Both the position numbers and the translations under genes were made by a program. Below are positions 1-9,475 of a stretch of 52,011 bases of DNA, piece by piece. Each line of letters begins with the position of its first letter. Within the stretch, counting starts at the first letter, position 1. The DNA is from a virus. The notes under the pieces were generated by a model. That model made no database searches, was not told the DNA's origin, and saw only the letters and a list, made by a program, of their open reading frames with translations. The DNA is taken from the UHGV virus genome UHGV-1352696. The stretch is one strand, 5' to 3'.

Positions 1-2528
1 ACAAAGTTTGTTGCTGTTTGAACTCCGCTCTGTACAAGCTGTGAACCCCATGATATTACTCTACTTATAGTTTGTGATAGCCATTGATATATTCTGCTAG
101 GTAATGTTGATATCCATGTTACGACATTTGTTACAAAGTTTGTTGCGGCTTGAACACCAGTCTCAACTAAGTTTGTCCCAAACTCAATAACTTTGTTTAT
201 TGTATCAAGCAACCATTCCCATATTCTGCTAGGTAACTGTGCGAACCATGTTATAATGTTTTCAATTATCACTGGCAATTCTGTTGTTTCCCATTCAATA
301 CAAGACTGACCAAACAAATATATATGTCCTAACATTTCACCGATTACATAACCAATCTTATAAGGTAATTCACTGAACCATGTTACAATCGCATTTATTG
401 TGTTTGGTATTGTTTCATTCACAAAAGTATTAAATGCATTCGGTATTGTTTCTGTAAAAAAGCTAATTATGTTATTAACAAAGCCTTGTATTGTTTCAAC
501 TGCATTATTAAATACCTCTGGAATTGTTTCTGTAAAGAATGTTTTAACACTATCAAATGCTCCTAGAATAGTCTCTGGAAGTCTGCTGAAAATATCAGAC
601 ACTTTGTCAAAGAACTCTTGAAACTTTTGCGCCGCTTCATCAAGTCCAAACTTCTCTAATATCTTCGCTCCTATATCTCCTATAGTGCTTAAAATTGTGC
701 TTCCAATACTTGTGAACGTTTCTACTACGTTGTCAAACAATCCTTTTATGCCATCTGCAACTTGTTCAAAATCTCCTGTAAATATTCCAATGAATATATC
801 CATTATACTTAGAACATTGTTTAAAACAAGCTGTATAATATCTACAACTGTAGAAAAAGCACCCTCAAATACTGGTGCAAATATATCACACAATGTCTCC
901 CATGCTGTTTTAATCACATCTGTTATGCTTTCAAAATTAAAACCTAACTCATTTATTTTACTTACAAATTCATTCGCAAAATCTGAAAACACTTTCTTTA
1001 ATTCATTGAATGTATTTGTTATGTTAGTTCTAAATTCTTCATTTGTTTTCCACAATGTAACAAACATTGCAACCAATGTTCCAATAACTGCAACAACTCC
1101 TAAAATCGGTGCTATTACCGAACTAAAAGTCGTTGCGATTTTTGTTATAACACTTGGTATTCCACCCATGCTTGCTATCAGTTCTGATTGCCCCATACTA
1201 AGAAGCTGTATCGTTTTTGTTACACTTCCAATAACTCCACTTGCTGTTTTAACAATTGTAATTATAGTACCTATTGTGCTTGCCACTTTTGATAGAATAA
1301 GTAAAACTGGGCCGATTGCGGCAATTACAAGACCAGCCTTTACAATAAAATTCTGTTGTTCTTCTGACAACTCATTAAACTTTGTTACAAGGTTTGTAAG
1401 CCATTGAATAAAGTTTCTTATGTTTGGTATTAATACATTTGATATTATAATTCCAGCTCCCTCTAATGCTGATTTAAAAAGTGTTATATCACCCTTTAAA
1501 TTATCAAGCTGTGTTTGTGCTTGTTTTAGTGCCGAATCGTTTGCATCTTTCAATCCCTCTTTAAAGTTATTAACTTTCTCTGTTGATGAAACTGTCATTT
1601 TGTTAAACGCTTGCAAACCATATGTTGTAAATATTGTGTTTTTGTATGCGTTTCGTTGTTCTTCTGACATTCCACTTAGTTTGCCATTTAATTCATCTAC
1701 AACGTCATTGAAATCTCTTGCATTGCCTTGCGCATCATACACTGAAACACCTAATTCATCAAGCGCTTTCTTGGCTGTACTTGTAGGTGTATATAAATCC
1801 ATCATTGCTCTGTTCAATGCTGTTGCCGCTTCTTCACCTGTTATGTTTTGTTCTGCTAATCGTAACAAACTTAATGTTACACTATCCATATTTTGTCCAT
1901 AACTTTTAGCTGTTGCGGATGAAGAGGAAAGTGCTGTTCCTAATCCTCTAACATCTGTGTTCGCCATTGTTGCTCCTTTAGCAACTAAATCTGTAACACG
2001 CTTTGCTTCGTCCATTTCTTTTCCAAAACCTTTTAATGTTCCTACAACATAAGTGGAAGAATCTGCCAAACTTAAATTACCAGCCGCCGCAAGGTTCAAC
2101 ACCTCTGGAAGTGCTGTCATTTGCTCTTCTGCTGTTAATCCACTCTGCGCTAATACATTTAATCCCTCTGCCGCTTGCGTTGCGCTAAACGCTGTTGTAG
2201 CACCCATGTGTTGTGCGAACTTGGAAAGGTTTTGAATCTTATCTGTTGTTGTTCCCATTGTTGCGGCAACTTGTGACATAGCACTTTCAAAATCTGTTCC
2301 TGCTTTAAGTGCCGCCGCCCCTACTCCTACAAGTGGCAATGTTACATTTCTTGACATTGTACTTCCAACTGTAGCAAAGGCACTTGAAAGTCCTTTAAAC
2401 TTTTGTTCTGCTGTGGCTGATTTATCCCCAAAAACTTTTAGGTCATTATAAGCGGATTTAAACCCTTTTTGAAACTTACTTGAATCAAGTTCCAAATATG
2501 CCACAGCAGTTCCCATATTAACCGCCAT
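1..2528 (-). CDS. Tail tape measure protein, N-terminal about 843 codons (start ATG at 2528, RBS GGAGAAAC). Open to the window edge and continues in phase at 52011.
   Basis: Translated by hand. Ala/Gly/Thr-rich N-terminal helical region, then tandem modules of about 45 aa with recurring LPSRI/LPSKI motifs. No minus-strand stop across 1-2528. Sits directly downstream of the tail chaperone genes. Confidence 0.85.
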   Translation of the reverse strand, partial: MAVNMGTAVAYLELDSSKFQKGFKSAYNDLKVFGDKSATAEQKFKGLSSAFATVGSTMSRNVTLPLVGVGAAALKAGTDFESAMSQVAATMGTTTDKIQNLSKFAQHMGATTAFSATQAAEGLNVLAQSGLTAEEQMTALPEVLNLAAAGNLSLADSSTYVVGTLKGFGKEMDEAKRVTDLVAKGATMANTDVRGLGTALSSSSATAKSYGQNMDSVTLSLLRLAEQNITGEEAATALNRAMMDLYTPTSTAKKALDELGVSVYDAQGNARDFNDVVDELNGKLSGMSEEQRNAYKNTIFTTYGLQAFNKMTVSSTEKVNNFKEGLKDANDSALKQAQTQLDNLKGDITLFKSALEGAGIIISNVLIPNIRNFIQWLTNLVTKFNELSEEQQNFIVKAGLVIAAIGPVLLILSKVASTIGTIITIVKTASGVIGSVTKTIQLLSMGQSELIASMGGIPSVITKIATTFSSVIAPILGVVAVIGTLVAMFVTLWKTNEEFRTNITNTFNELKKVFSDFANEFVSKINELGFNFESITDVIKTAWETLCDIFAPVFEGAFSTVVDIIQLVLNNVLSIMDIFIGIFTGDFEQVADGIKGLFDNVVETFTSIGSTILSTIGDIGAKILEKFGLDEAAQKFQEFFDKVSDIFSRLPETILGAFDSVKTFFTETIPEVFNNAVETIQGFVNNIISFFTETIPNAFNTFVNETIPNTINAIVTWFSELPYKIGYVIGEMLGHIYLFGQSCIEWETTELPVIIENIITWFAQLPSRIWEWLLDTINKVIEFGTNLVETGVQAATNFVTNVVTWISTLPSRIYQWLSQTISRVISWGSQLVQSGVQTATNF

Positions 2529-2554
2529 TTTGTTTCTCCTTTCAAACAATACTT

Positions 2555-2797
2555 TTATTCGTACTGTTTATAAAAATCTTTAAAATTGTTATAGTGTTTT
2601 GTTTCCGCTTTTTTGTTCTGTTCTATGTAATGAGGTTTTTCTCCCTCTGTTAATCTCAATGTTAATTCACAACATGCTTCATTAATACAAAAGGCAGTAT
2701 AACTGTCCTCTATCCCCAGCACTTCACTAGGTAAACATTTATACTGCCTTGATATTGCTAATACGCTTTCTACCTTTTTACTCTGTACGAAAGGATT
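2555..2797 (-). CDS. ATG-less open frame (75 codons) in the +1 frame relative to the chaperone ORF. Putative programmed-frameshift extension of the tail assembly chaperone (a G-T fusion analogue).
   Basis: Hand translation from 2779 down to 2555 gives KKVESVLAISRQYKCLPSEVLGIEDSYTAFCINEACCELTLRLTEGEKPHYIEQNKKAETKHYNNFKDFYKQYE*. It overlaps the 3' end of the 2778..3185 ORF and ends 25 nt before the tape-measure ATG. There is no ATG in this frame. A 75-codon open frame is unlikely by chance in DNA of about 30% GC. Confidence 0.5.
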   Translation of the reverse strand, partial: NPFVQSKKVESVLAISRQYKCLPSEVLGIEDSYTAFCINEACCELTLRLTEGEKPHYIEQNKKAETKHYNNFKDFYKQYE

Positions 2798-3185
2798 CTA
2801 GTGCTTTTACCCCCTGTTGTGAGTAGTTGAAAATAAACATCATCTGTTCATCTGTAAGCTCAATCCCTGTACTTTTGATTTCATCATATGTTGGCTCTAC
2901 AAAAGTTTCACTTGCAATCAAATCAATTACATCATAGATTTCTTGCATCATGCTATTTTCTTCTGTATCAAGACTTCCACTCTGTACGAATAACTCATTT
3001 GTTTTAACAAGTAATGAGTTTGGAATCTTTCCCTGTTTTGCCATTCCTAAAATAGATGGTCTTTTAAGTTTTGCAACAAAAGGCTGACCCTCTGCAAAAT
3101 CAGGAAGCCTTACAATGTTACCATTTGCATATTGCTTCAACTGTTCCAAACTTGTTACCTGTTCTGTTTTTGCTGTTCTTGCCAT
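2778..3185 (-). CDS. Tail assembly chaperone (gpG-like)
   Basis: 135 aa, acidic. Positioned between the major tail protein and the tape measure, with a frameshift-accessible extension downstream. Confidence 0.7.
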   Translation of the reverse strand: MARTAKTEQVTSLEQLKQYANGNIVRLPDFAEGQPFVAKLKRPSILGMAKQGKIPNSLLVKTNELFVQSGSLDTEENSMMQEIYDVIDLIASETFVEPTYDEIKSTGIELTDEQMMFIFNYSQQGVKALESFRTE

Positions 3186-3210
3186 GTTCTTATTCTCCTA
3201 TCTTTTTTAT

Positions 3211-3846
3211 TTAATTTACTGCCAAACCTGTTTCTTCTGTTTCAAAATCATCTGACAATACAGACGCATCTGTGAACTGTGGGAGTGTTTTCACATAAGA
3301 AATCTTATATGGTGCTTCTCCCTCTTTTGGTGCAGAGTTGATTGTGTACTCCGGTACACGGAAAACATCATCTTCTGAACTCATTGCAACTGGTGTTCCT
3401 TGACAGTTAGGATATGTGATTTTCTCATATCTAACAATCTGACCACTTGCATCATACTGTGCTGAATAACAATCGAGTTCAAACACTTGTCCTTTATCCG
3501 TACTTCCTGCAACTGGTGGAGTATATGTTAATGTATCTCCTGTTCCGCTTACTGTTCCGCCTTGTAGAATCTTAACAAGTTCTGGAATGAATACATTATC
3601 TGTCATTGTAATCTGATGTCCGGTAATTGTCGTAGTTGCTGGCTTCTGTGCAATCAATCTTCCAAGTTTTACAAGTTTAATTGCGTCTGTTGTTTCTGTC
3701 TGCGGTTCAACTGCGATTTTATTTGCTGTATCTACCGCAATCTCTGTTGCGTTAGAATCATCACCACCAGCCATTCCTGTTCTTACAACTACAAGGGCAA
3801 CATCAATGGTTGGGATTCCAACTGCTTTTTTCTGTGCTTTCGGCAT
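3211..3846 (-). CDS. Major tail protein
   Basis: 211 aa, immediately upstream of the chaperone and tape-measure pair. Thr/Gly-rich beta-type composition typical of siphovirus major tail proteins. Confidence 0.7.
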   Translation of the reverse strand: MPKAQKKAVGIPTIDVALVVVRTGMAGGDDSNATEIAVDTANKIAVEPQTETTDAIKLVKLGRLIAQKPATTTITGHQITMTDNVFIPELVKILQGGTVSGTGDTLTYTPPVAGSTDKGQVFELDCYSAQYDASGQIVRYEKITYPNCQGTPVAMSSEDDVFRVPEYTINSAPKEGEAPYKISYVKTLPQFTDASVLSDDFETEETGLAVN

Positions 3847-3859
3847 TGCTCAATTCCTC

Positions 3860-4219
3860 CTAACGATTTTCTATTTTTCTACAACCTTGGTATTGAAATG
3901 ATACCATATGCGCATTTTTATCTTCATCATAAAAACTTGCTGTTTCATTTCCAACATACATAACAAGTGGAAATACTTGTTTCATTTTTTGTTTTGTTTC
4001 AAACATGAAACTTTCAATTCTTCCATATCTGTTCACTGGAACATATAACATAATTGTGTATAGCGGTCTTTCACTTGAAACTGATTGCTGTTCATAAGTT
4101 CCCTCTGATTTTACAACGACATACTCTTTTATACATTCTCCTTTGTGCTGTGATGGATAATATACTTCTGTTCCATCTACCGCTATAGTATCCCTAATCT
4201 GTTCTATAATGCTTTTCAT
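3860..4219 (-). CDS. Tail terminator or tail completion-like protein
   Basis: 119 aa. Conserved position between the HK97 gp10-like protein and the major tail protein. Confidence 0.45.
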   Translation of the reverse strand: MKSIIEQIRDTIAVDGTEVYYPSQHKGECIKEYVVVKSEGTYEQQSVSSERPLYTIMLYVPVNRYGRIESFMFETKQKMKQVFPLVMYVGNETASFYDEDKNAHMVSFQYQGCRKIENR

Positions 4220-4572
4220 TTGATATACCTCAATAAGTCCTTATACCCATCTAAGACTTCCTTAGAACACGCATTAACAGTTGGCTGTAGAATAGCAAAT
4301 CTTCTTTCATTACATAACTCTAAATATATACCATAATCAACTCCATGTCCTATATATATTCTTGTTCGCATTTTTCCAATTTGTTCAACCCATCCTGTTA
4401 GCCTTTGCCTTGCATGTCCTGTTCTGTCTGTCCACGGTCTGTTCCTCTTAGCATAGTTCTGAAACTTTTTTGCACCGCTTGTCGCAAACATTTTAATTGC
4501 AACTTGTGATTTTGTTTCTGCTCTCTCTAAATTGTCAAGTAACTGTTTCGCATCAATTCTAATTGTTCCCAT
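4216..4572 (-). CDS. HK97 gp10-family head-tail joining / tail completion protein
   Basis: 118 aa. Motif RNRPWTDRTGHARQRL resembles the P-x-DTG-x-L signature of this family. Synteny supports the call. Confidence 0.55.
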   Translation of the reverse strand: MGTIRIDAKQLLDNLERAETKSQVAIKMFATSGAKKFQNYAKRNRPWTDRTGHARQRLTGWVEQIGKMRTRIYIGHGVDYGIYLELCNERRFAILQPTVNACSKEVLDGYKDLLRYIK

Positions 4573-4939
4573 TTAACACCAACTCCATTGATATATCACA
4601 AATAATGTTAAACTCCTGCATATTATTTTTCTCAATAATCTTATAAGTGTTTTCGTTTATTTGTATCATATCTCCATTTTTAATCAAAACAGAATCATCA
4701 TATACAACCATTAATTTCGGCTGTCCTTTTGAATGTGTTTTAGAACCATCTGAAACGCTTTTTGTTATATATCCTTTTTGTGTATGAAACAATCCTTGTA
4801 CTTCTACAACTTCCTCTTGCTTGTCGGTATCTTCTCCATAGTCGTTTAATATTGTTCTTTTGACTACATAACTTCTGCCATGTGTTTTTATCTCACGTTT
4901 TACTTTGTTTAGTTCTATCTGTAACATTTTCTCATTCAT
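4559..4939 (-). CDS. Head closure / head-tail adaptor protein
   Basis: 126 aa. Position between the connector and the gp10-like protein. Confidence 0.5.
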   Translation of the reverse strand: MNEKMLQIELNKVKREIKTHGRSYVVKRTILNDYGEDTDKQEEVVEVQGLFHTQKGYITKSVSDGSKTHSKGQPKLMVVYDDSVLIKNGDMIQINENTYKIIEKNNMQEFNIICDISMELVLNGNN

Positions 4940-5184
4940 CTTAGCACCCCACTGTTTACAGAAACAAAGTGGGATGCAAGCATCTTGAAATAACTAGAAC
5001 TGTCTTTTGTAGTTAAACCACTCACATCCAACCCTGTTACCTCTGCTTTGATTATTAATCCATCATAGCTTGCTTTTCTAACATCACCGTTATTTTTTTC
5101 TAATAGATATTGCAATTCATCCACTTCAAAATATGGTGCTTGTTTTTCTCTCAAGTTGAATTTTAACTGTTCTAAATTATCCAT
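4936..5184 (-). CDS. Head-tail connector (gp6-like) protein
   Basis: 82 aa. Position downstream of the major capsid protein. Confidence 0.45.
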   Translation of the reverse strand: MDNLEQLKFNLREKQAPYFEVDELQYLLEKNNGDVRKASYDGLIIKAEVTGLDVSGLTTKDSSSYFKMLASHFVSVNSGVLR

Positions 5185-5205
5185 CTACTCACCTCCCACA
5201 TTTGT

Positions 5206-5508
5206 TTACATTTTACTCTGTTGGATTGCTTTCTGAATAATCTGTCTTGCTTCTCTTACATTTTTAGCTTTTGAAGTATCAATGTTATGTTTCTCTGCAT
5301 ACTCCATAAGCTGTTCTTTGTTCATTTCAGAAATCGGAATTGTATCAACTGGATCATCTTCTTCAATCTGTTCATCTTCTACAATATCATCAATGTTCTG
5401 TTTATTTTCATCAACAATAACATAACCATTCTTTTTGAACATTGTTTCATATGAATTGCGACTTACCTTAACAGTATGCTCACCTTTCATAATTTTAACC
5501 ATTGCCAT
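5206..5508 (-). CDS. Acidic protein with a Rho_N/SAP-like helix-hairpin motif (EQLMEYAEKHNIDTSKAKNVREARQIIQKAIQ)
   Basis: 100 aa. The motif is shared with ORFs 22935..23627, 39319..40167 and 41981..42625. Confidence 0.5.
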   Translation of the reverse strand: MAMVKIMKGEHTVKVSRNSYETMFKKNGYVIVDENKQNIDDIVEDEQIEEDDPVDTIPISEMNKEQLMEYAEKHNIDTSKAKNVREARQIIQKAIQQSKM

Positions 5509-5523
5509 GTTATCTCCCCCTTA

Positions 5524-6558
5524 CTAAGCAATTACATCAAGAATATATACTTGGTCTGCTGTTGGGAAATCCGGCAAACAAATCATTGTTACTTTTGTTT
5601 CAACGTTTACCGGGTCAACCTTTGTCATTGTTGTAACTGCTACTCCTGTATCTGTAATAGACACATTTGCAACATTACTTGACATAAGGTCTGACTCTTC
5701 CGGTGTTGTACCAAACCATGTGTTTCCGAGTTTTCCTGTTGGGAACATAACAAAAACATCTTCTGGAACATATCTCTGAACTGCTCCCTCTTCATCTTTG
5801 TATCGTTTGTCATATACTACAATATCAATTCCGAGTTCATCTTTAATGAACTGTTTAACTTTTGCATCTGATACAAAACCAACACCATCTGTAAGAACAT
5901 AGATAGATTTCTTAATTTCTGTATTTGCTCTGATATATCCGAACACCTTTGAAGAACATACCGCTCTTTCAACTGTTACGCCAGTATCATCAACGATTTT
6001 TGTAATTCCTGTTCTGATATCATCAAGGATTGTTGCTGACGGGTCACTCCAACTCTTTGTTACTGTTACTTTATGGCTTTCATCTACACCATAATCATAC
6101 TCATAAACCTGTCCATTTCCTTTCATAGAAATTGTTCCTGTAGTAAGCATCATCATTCTCATACGCTCTCTCTGTGCAGAAGCACCCTCAAGAAGTTCAA
6201 CCTCATCTGCAAAGATTCTATTTACGATAGCATCAATGTATGCTTGGTTTCCACTCTCAATGATTTTGTTAAGTTCCTGTCTTAACTCTTCATCAATGTA
6301 CTTGGACTCTTTGAAGAATGGCATGTCTGCGCTTAACTTCTCAAATCCAATTCTCGGTCTTGGAATAGCCTGTACATCAAACGCTGATGCTTTCAAAACT
6401 ACTGGAAGTCCATTAGAACCTTTCAACCATTTAAGCGTGAGTCCGAGTTTCTTATCATTTGGGAAAAGTTCCTCTCCTAAATATGGATCTCTGTCCTGTT
6501 GTAACAATTCCCAGTATGATGTAATTTCAGAACTAATAATAAGGTCATAAATTGTCAT
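5524..6558 (-). CDS. Major capsid protein, lambda gpE-like family
   Basis: 344 aa (lambda E is 341 aa). C-terminal FPTGKLGNTWFGTTPEE resembles lambda E LPDNTMVLGNTQARGLRTYG. Follows a D-like decoration gene, as in lambda. Confidence 0.75.
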   Translation of the reverse strand: MTIYDLIISSEITSYWELLQQDRDPYLGEELFPNDKKLGLTLKWLKGSNGLPVVLKASAFDVQAIPRPRIGFEKLSADMPFFKESKYIDEELRQELNKIIESGNQAYIDAIVNRIFADEVELLEGASAQRERMRMMMLTTGTISMKGNGQVYEYDYGVDESHKVTVTKSWSDPSATILDDIRTGITKIVDDTGVTVERAVCSSKVFGYIRANTEIKKSIYVLTDGVGFVSDAKVKQFIKDELGIDIVVYDKRYKDEEGAVQRYVPEDVFVMFPTGKLGNTWFGTTPEESDLMSSNVANVSITDTGVAVTTMTKVDPVNVETKVTMICLPDFPTADQVYILDVIA

Positions 6559-6583
6559 GTTTTGTTTTCCTCCTATTTCCTAA

Positions 6584-6979
6584 TTAACAAGCAACGAATT
6601 TAATCATTGGCATTGCTTTCTTTACTGTATCTGTAAGTTTCGCTTTTGTTGTTGCATCAACTCTGTTTGTGTTTACGAATCCAAACAAAAGCAATGTTCC
6701 GTTCGCATCACCTGTTGTTACATCTACATCATGTAGCAGAACTCCTACTGCATCAGATGACTCTGTAGAACTCCCAGCTGATGCCTCTGTGAATGCTGTT
6801 GTTCTTGCATCAAGATTTCCTGTAAGTGGTGTTCCAGCTTTAACAACTTTCTTTGTTCCCTCTGCAACTCCGAGTGCCTTACTTACTACTACACCCATAG
6901 AAACTTGATGTTCTACTGCAAAAAGAATTTGGTTTGTATTTCCATATGTTTCTTTTCTAACTCCTGTTTGATTTAACAT
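6584..6979 (-). CDS. Head decoration protein (lambda gpD-like)
   Basis: 131 aa. Gly/Thr/Val-rich. Located between scaffold and major capsid protein, matching the lambda D-E order. Confidence 0.55.
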   Translation of the reverse strand: MLNQTGVRKETYGNTNQILFAVEHQVSMGVVVSKALGVAEGTKKVVKAGTPLTGNLDARTTAFTEASAGSSTESSDAVGVLLHDVDVTTGDANGTLLLFGFVNTNRVDATTKAKLTDTVKKAMPMIKFVAC

Positions 6980-6994
6980 TTGTTTTACCCTCCT

Positions 6995-7648
6995 TTATTT
7001 AAAATAGTGGCTCTTTACTGCTTTTCTTCCAGCAAGTAATCTTTCAGCCATTGTTCCGGCATACTTTGAATCTCCGTTTGTACCCTGTTTATTTTGCTCT
7101 GTTGTTTTATTCACTCTTGAACGTGTTACTGTTCCCTTTTTATTTGCTTCATCTTCATCAGTTGCAAAATAAATCTTTCCGTTTGTGCTGTCTTTCATTT
7201 CTGCAATTACAGCATTAATGTCTTTCTCTTTTGTCACTTTTGCTTTTGCAACAATAACTAAATCATCCACAAGCTCCGGTTTTGCTCCTAACTGAATAGC
7301 TGACAATTTAGCTTCTGCAATTACTCTCGCTTCACGCTCTGTAACAAGTTCTTTTGTTGTTGTTGTTAGTGCATCATCCTTTTTCTGCAAATCAGTTTTG
7401 TTTGCTTCTTCATCCTCTTTAGCTTTCTTAACAATCGCTTGCAATGAATCCGAATTTTCAACTCCTAAAGATTTAAGATATTCAGCAATCGCATCACCTT
7501 TTACTTTTTCAACATCAACATTATTATTCTGCTGTGTACTTGTCTTCTGATTTGTGTCATTGTTCTGCTGTGCATTGTTATTGTTTGCGTTATTCTGTAC
7601 ATTTGTGTCTGCATTTGTTCCATTCGTGTTTGTATTTGTTTCTGACAT
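6995..7648 (-). CDS. Scaffolding protein
   Basis: 217 aa. Asn/Gln/Thr-rich low-complexity N-terminus, then a charged helical region. Located between the head morphogenesis and decoration/capsid genes. Confidence 0.6.
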   Translation of the reverse strand: MSETNTNTNGTNADTNVQNNANNNNAQQNNDTNQKTSTQQNNNVDVEKVKGDAIAEYLKSLGVENSDSLQAIVKKAKEDEEANKTDLQKKDDALTTTTKELVTEREARVIAEAKLSAIQLGAKPELVDDLVIVAKAKVTKEKDINAVIAEMKDSTNGKIYFATDEDEANKKGTVTRSRVNKTTEQNKQGTNGDSKYAGTMAERLLAGRKAVKSHYFK

Positions 7649-7653
7649 TTGTT

Positions 7654-7965
7654 CTATTCTCCTTTATTATATAATGTTTGTAAGATTCTCTCTTCTTTTT
7701 GTAACTGTCTTTTCTTTTTCTCAATACCTTTTAAAAATCTCGCCTTTTCTGTTTCATTTGTTTCACTGTTCATGTTTGCTGTTGATTTTCTTATTTGTTT
7801 TTTCAAAATCAATGTTTTTTGATTATCATAATAAGAATCATATTGTTTTCCACAATTCGGACATGCTAGAAAAGTCCTCGTTATGTTTTGTTTTCCAACT
7901 TGTTTGTTTTCTTCCTTTATCATTGGATAAAATGATATTTGACACTTATCACATGTCACTTTCAA
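7654..7965 (-). CDS. Zinc-ribbon protein (CxxC...CxxC), lysine-rich
   Basis: 103 aa; CDKC...CPNCGK. Confidence 0.5.
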   Translation of the reverse strand: MKVTCDKCQISFYPMIKEENKQVGKQNITRTFLACPNCGKQYDSYYDNQKTLILKKQIRKSTANMNSETNETEKARFLKGIEKKKRQLQKEERILQTLYNKGE

Positions 7966-8362
7966 TTATATCACCACCTGTATACATTGTCAACTCTTTT
8001 ATAAATATTTTTCCATTTTCATCATAAAAAGTTTTTCCTTTTGAAGTTTCATTAAGCAACTTTCTTTTTTCATTAAGTTTCTTTGTAAGTCTGTCCTTTT
8101 TCTTTACCTCTCTAGGGCTCACAGTTTCCTTTTTAAGGCGTTTTCTCATTGCCTTGATAAATAGTGCCTTAATCTCTTTAAACGTCTGTATGGACTCATT
8201 ATCATCTATCTGAACGACTTCGACTTCTTTACATCTTACACATTCAAAATACAAAATAACATAATGTTTTTTATCTTCGTCATATACATCTTTTTTCAGT
8301 AATGACTTTGAATCCAAACTATTTACTTCTCCACATTTGTTACACACTCTTTTTACTTCCAT
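7949..8362 (-). CDS. Zinc-ribbon protein (CxxC...CxxC), lysine-rich
   Basis: 137 aa; CNKCGE...CVRCKE. Adjacent to the previous one and of the same architecture. Confidence 0.5.
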   Translation of the reverse strand: MEVKRVCNKCGEVNSLDSKSLLKKDVYDEDKKHYVILYFECVRCKEVEVVQIDDNESIQTFKEIKALFIKAMRKRLKKETVSPREVKKKDRLTKKLNEKRKLLNETSKGKTFYDENGKIFIKELTMYTGGDIIESDM

Positions 8363-8376
8363 GTTCTTCTCCTGTT

Positions 8377-9438
8377 CTACATAAAATCTAATGCATATCT
8401 ATCAATCTCCGGGAACGTTCCAACTGGTGATTTATACCACATTCCTATCTTCTTCGCTATATCTGACATACTATCAGGAATCACAGCTTCAAATGTACAC
8501 ATTCCGTTTGGATGGTCTAATGGCAATGCATCTTTCGGATACACTCCCTGTCCTAATCCATATTTATCTTCTTTAGCTCTGTTCTCACATATCCTACAAA
8601 CTCTCCCATGAAAATTACTTGTTATCCATCTATAACCAATGACAAAAGGGTCATTTTTGTTTACTGCTTCAAAACTCTGTTGGTATGCGTGTGACACTAA
8701 TGTTCTAGCAAGCCTTTGTGCATTGTAATCAACATGTCCGAACCTAAACTTATTATTTATTGTTTCTCCAACTCTGTTCGCTCTACCGCTGTTTACATCT
8801 GTTATCCTTGCTTTCCTTGTGCTATAGATTACTTTACTTACCTTTCTTGCTTTTGGGTCTACATAACTTTCAATATCACGAGCTATCTCATATGCGCTCT
8901 TTCCTTGTGCTGTTCCTATTGAGATTATCTTATTTATACTTTCCTGTGTTTGTTTGTTATAACCCCATATTGCTTTACTCAATGACCAATTATCTTGATA
9001 TACATTTCCTGTTATGATATTTCTAACAATCTGGTCTGGAACAAACTTAAATGCTTCATGTATATCAGAATCTTTAAAACCACAATATTTTAAAAATGTT
9101 CTAGTATCATATACAACCGCTTCCGAAACTGTTGTCATATTTCGAACAACACCATTTTTAATATCTTTATTTAATTGTTCAATTCTTTTTGTTATGCTCC
9201 GCTTTAGTAATATGAGGTTTTGCTTTTGCATGTTTCCATTACCCATGCTTGCTATTTGTTTTGTAACATCTTTGTACAGATTCTCATACATTTGTTTTAT
9301 ATCTTTTTGCATCTGTACTGTTGTTGTTTGCCTTACTTGTTCTGAATTCTTTAAATTAAACTTTTGTTTCATTTCACACCCCCTTTTCTGTTTTCTTCTA
9401 ATTTGTTTTCTTCGTTCCTTACAAGTATTATAATACAC
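8377..9438 (-). CDS. Head morphogenesis protein, Mu F / SPP1 gp7 family
   Basis: Motifs SAYEIARDIE, RTLVSHAYQQ and HPNGMCTFE match this family. The true start is probably the internal Met (MKQKF...). Confidence 0.8.
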   Translation of the reverse strand: MYYNTCKERRKQIRRKQKRGCEMKQKFNLKNSEQVRQTTTVQMQKDIKQMYENLYKDVTKQIASMGNGNMQKQNLILLKRSITKRIEQLNKDIKNGVVRNMTTVSEAVVYDTRTFLKYCGFKDSDIHEAFKFVPDQIVRNIITGNVYQDNWSLSKAIWGYNKQTQESINKIISIGTAQGKSAYEIARDIESYVDPKARKVSKVIYSTRKARITDVNSGRANRVGETINNKFRFGHVDYNAQRLARTLVSHAYQQSFEAVNKNDPFVIGYRWITSNFHGRVCRICENRAKEDKYGLGQGVYPKDALPLDHPNGMCTFEAVIPDSMSDIAKKIGMWYKSPVGTFPEIDRYALDFM

Positions 9439-9439
9439 T

Positions 9440-9475
9440 ATAACAACATAAAAGTCAACACTTATTTAAAACTTT
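9440..9475 (-). promoter_or_regulatory. Sigma-70-like promoter (TTGACT-17-TATTAT) upstream of the Mu-F-like gene
   Basis: Minus-strand read: TTGACTTTTATGTTGTTATAGTGTATTATAAT. Confidence 0.45.

Noticed and set aside
400-2235. Plus-strand ORFs 400..621, 685..1407, 1420..1902, 2003..2188 and 2053..2235 from the track
   Set aside because: Low-complexity Ile/Leu/Ser/Phe-rich translations lying antisense to a continuous, well-featured minus-strand tape-measure gene. No RBS. Likely artefacts of the AT-rich antisense strand. The same reasoning applies to essentially all plus-strand ORFs in the track (for example 3616..3963, 9014..9433, 22926..23288 and 26019..26540).
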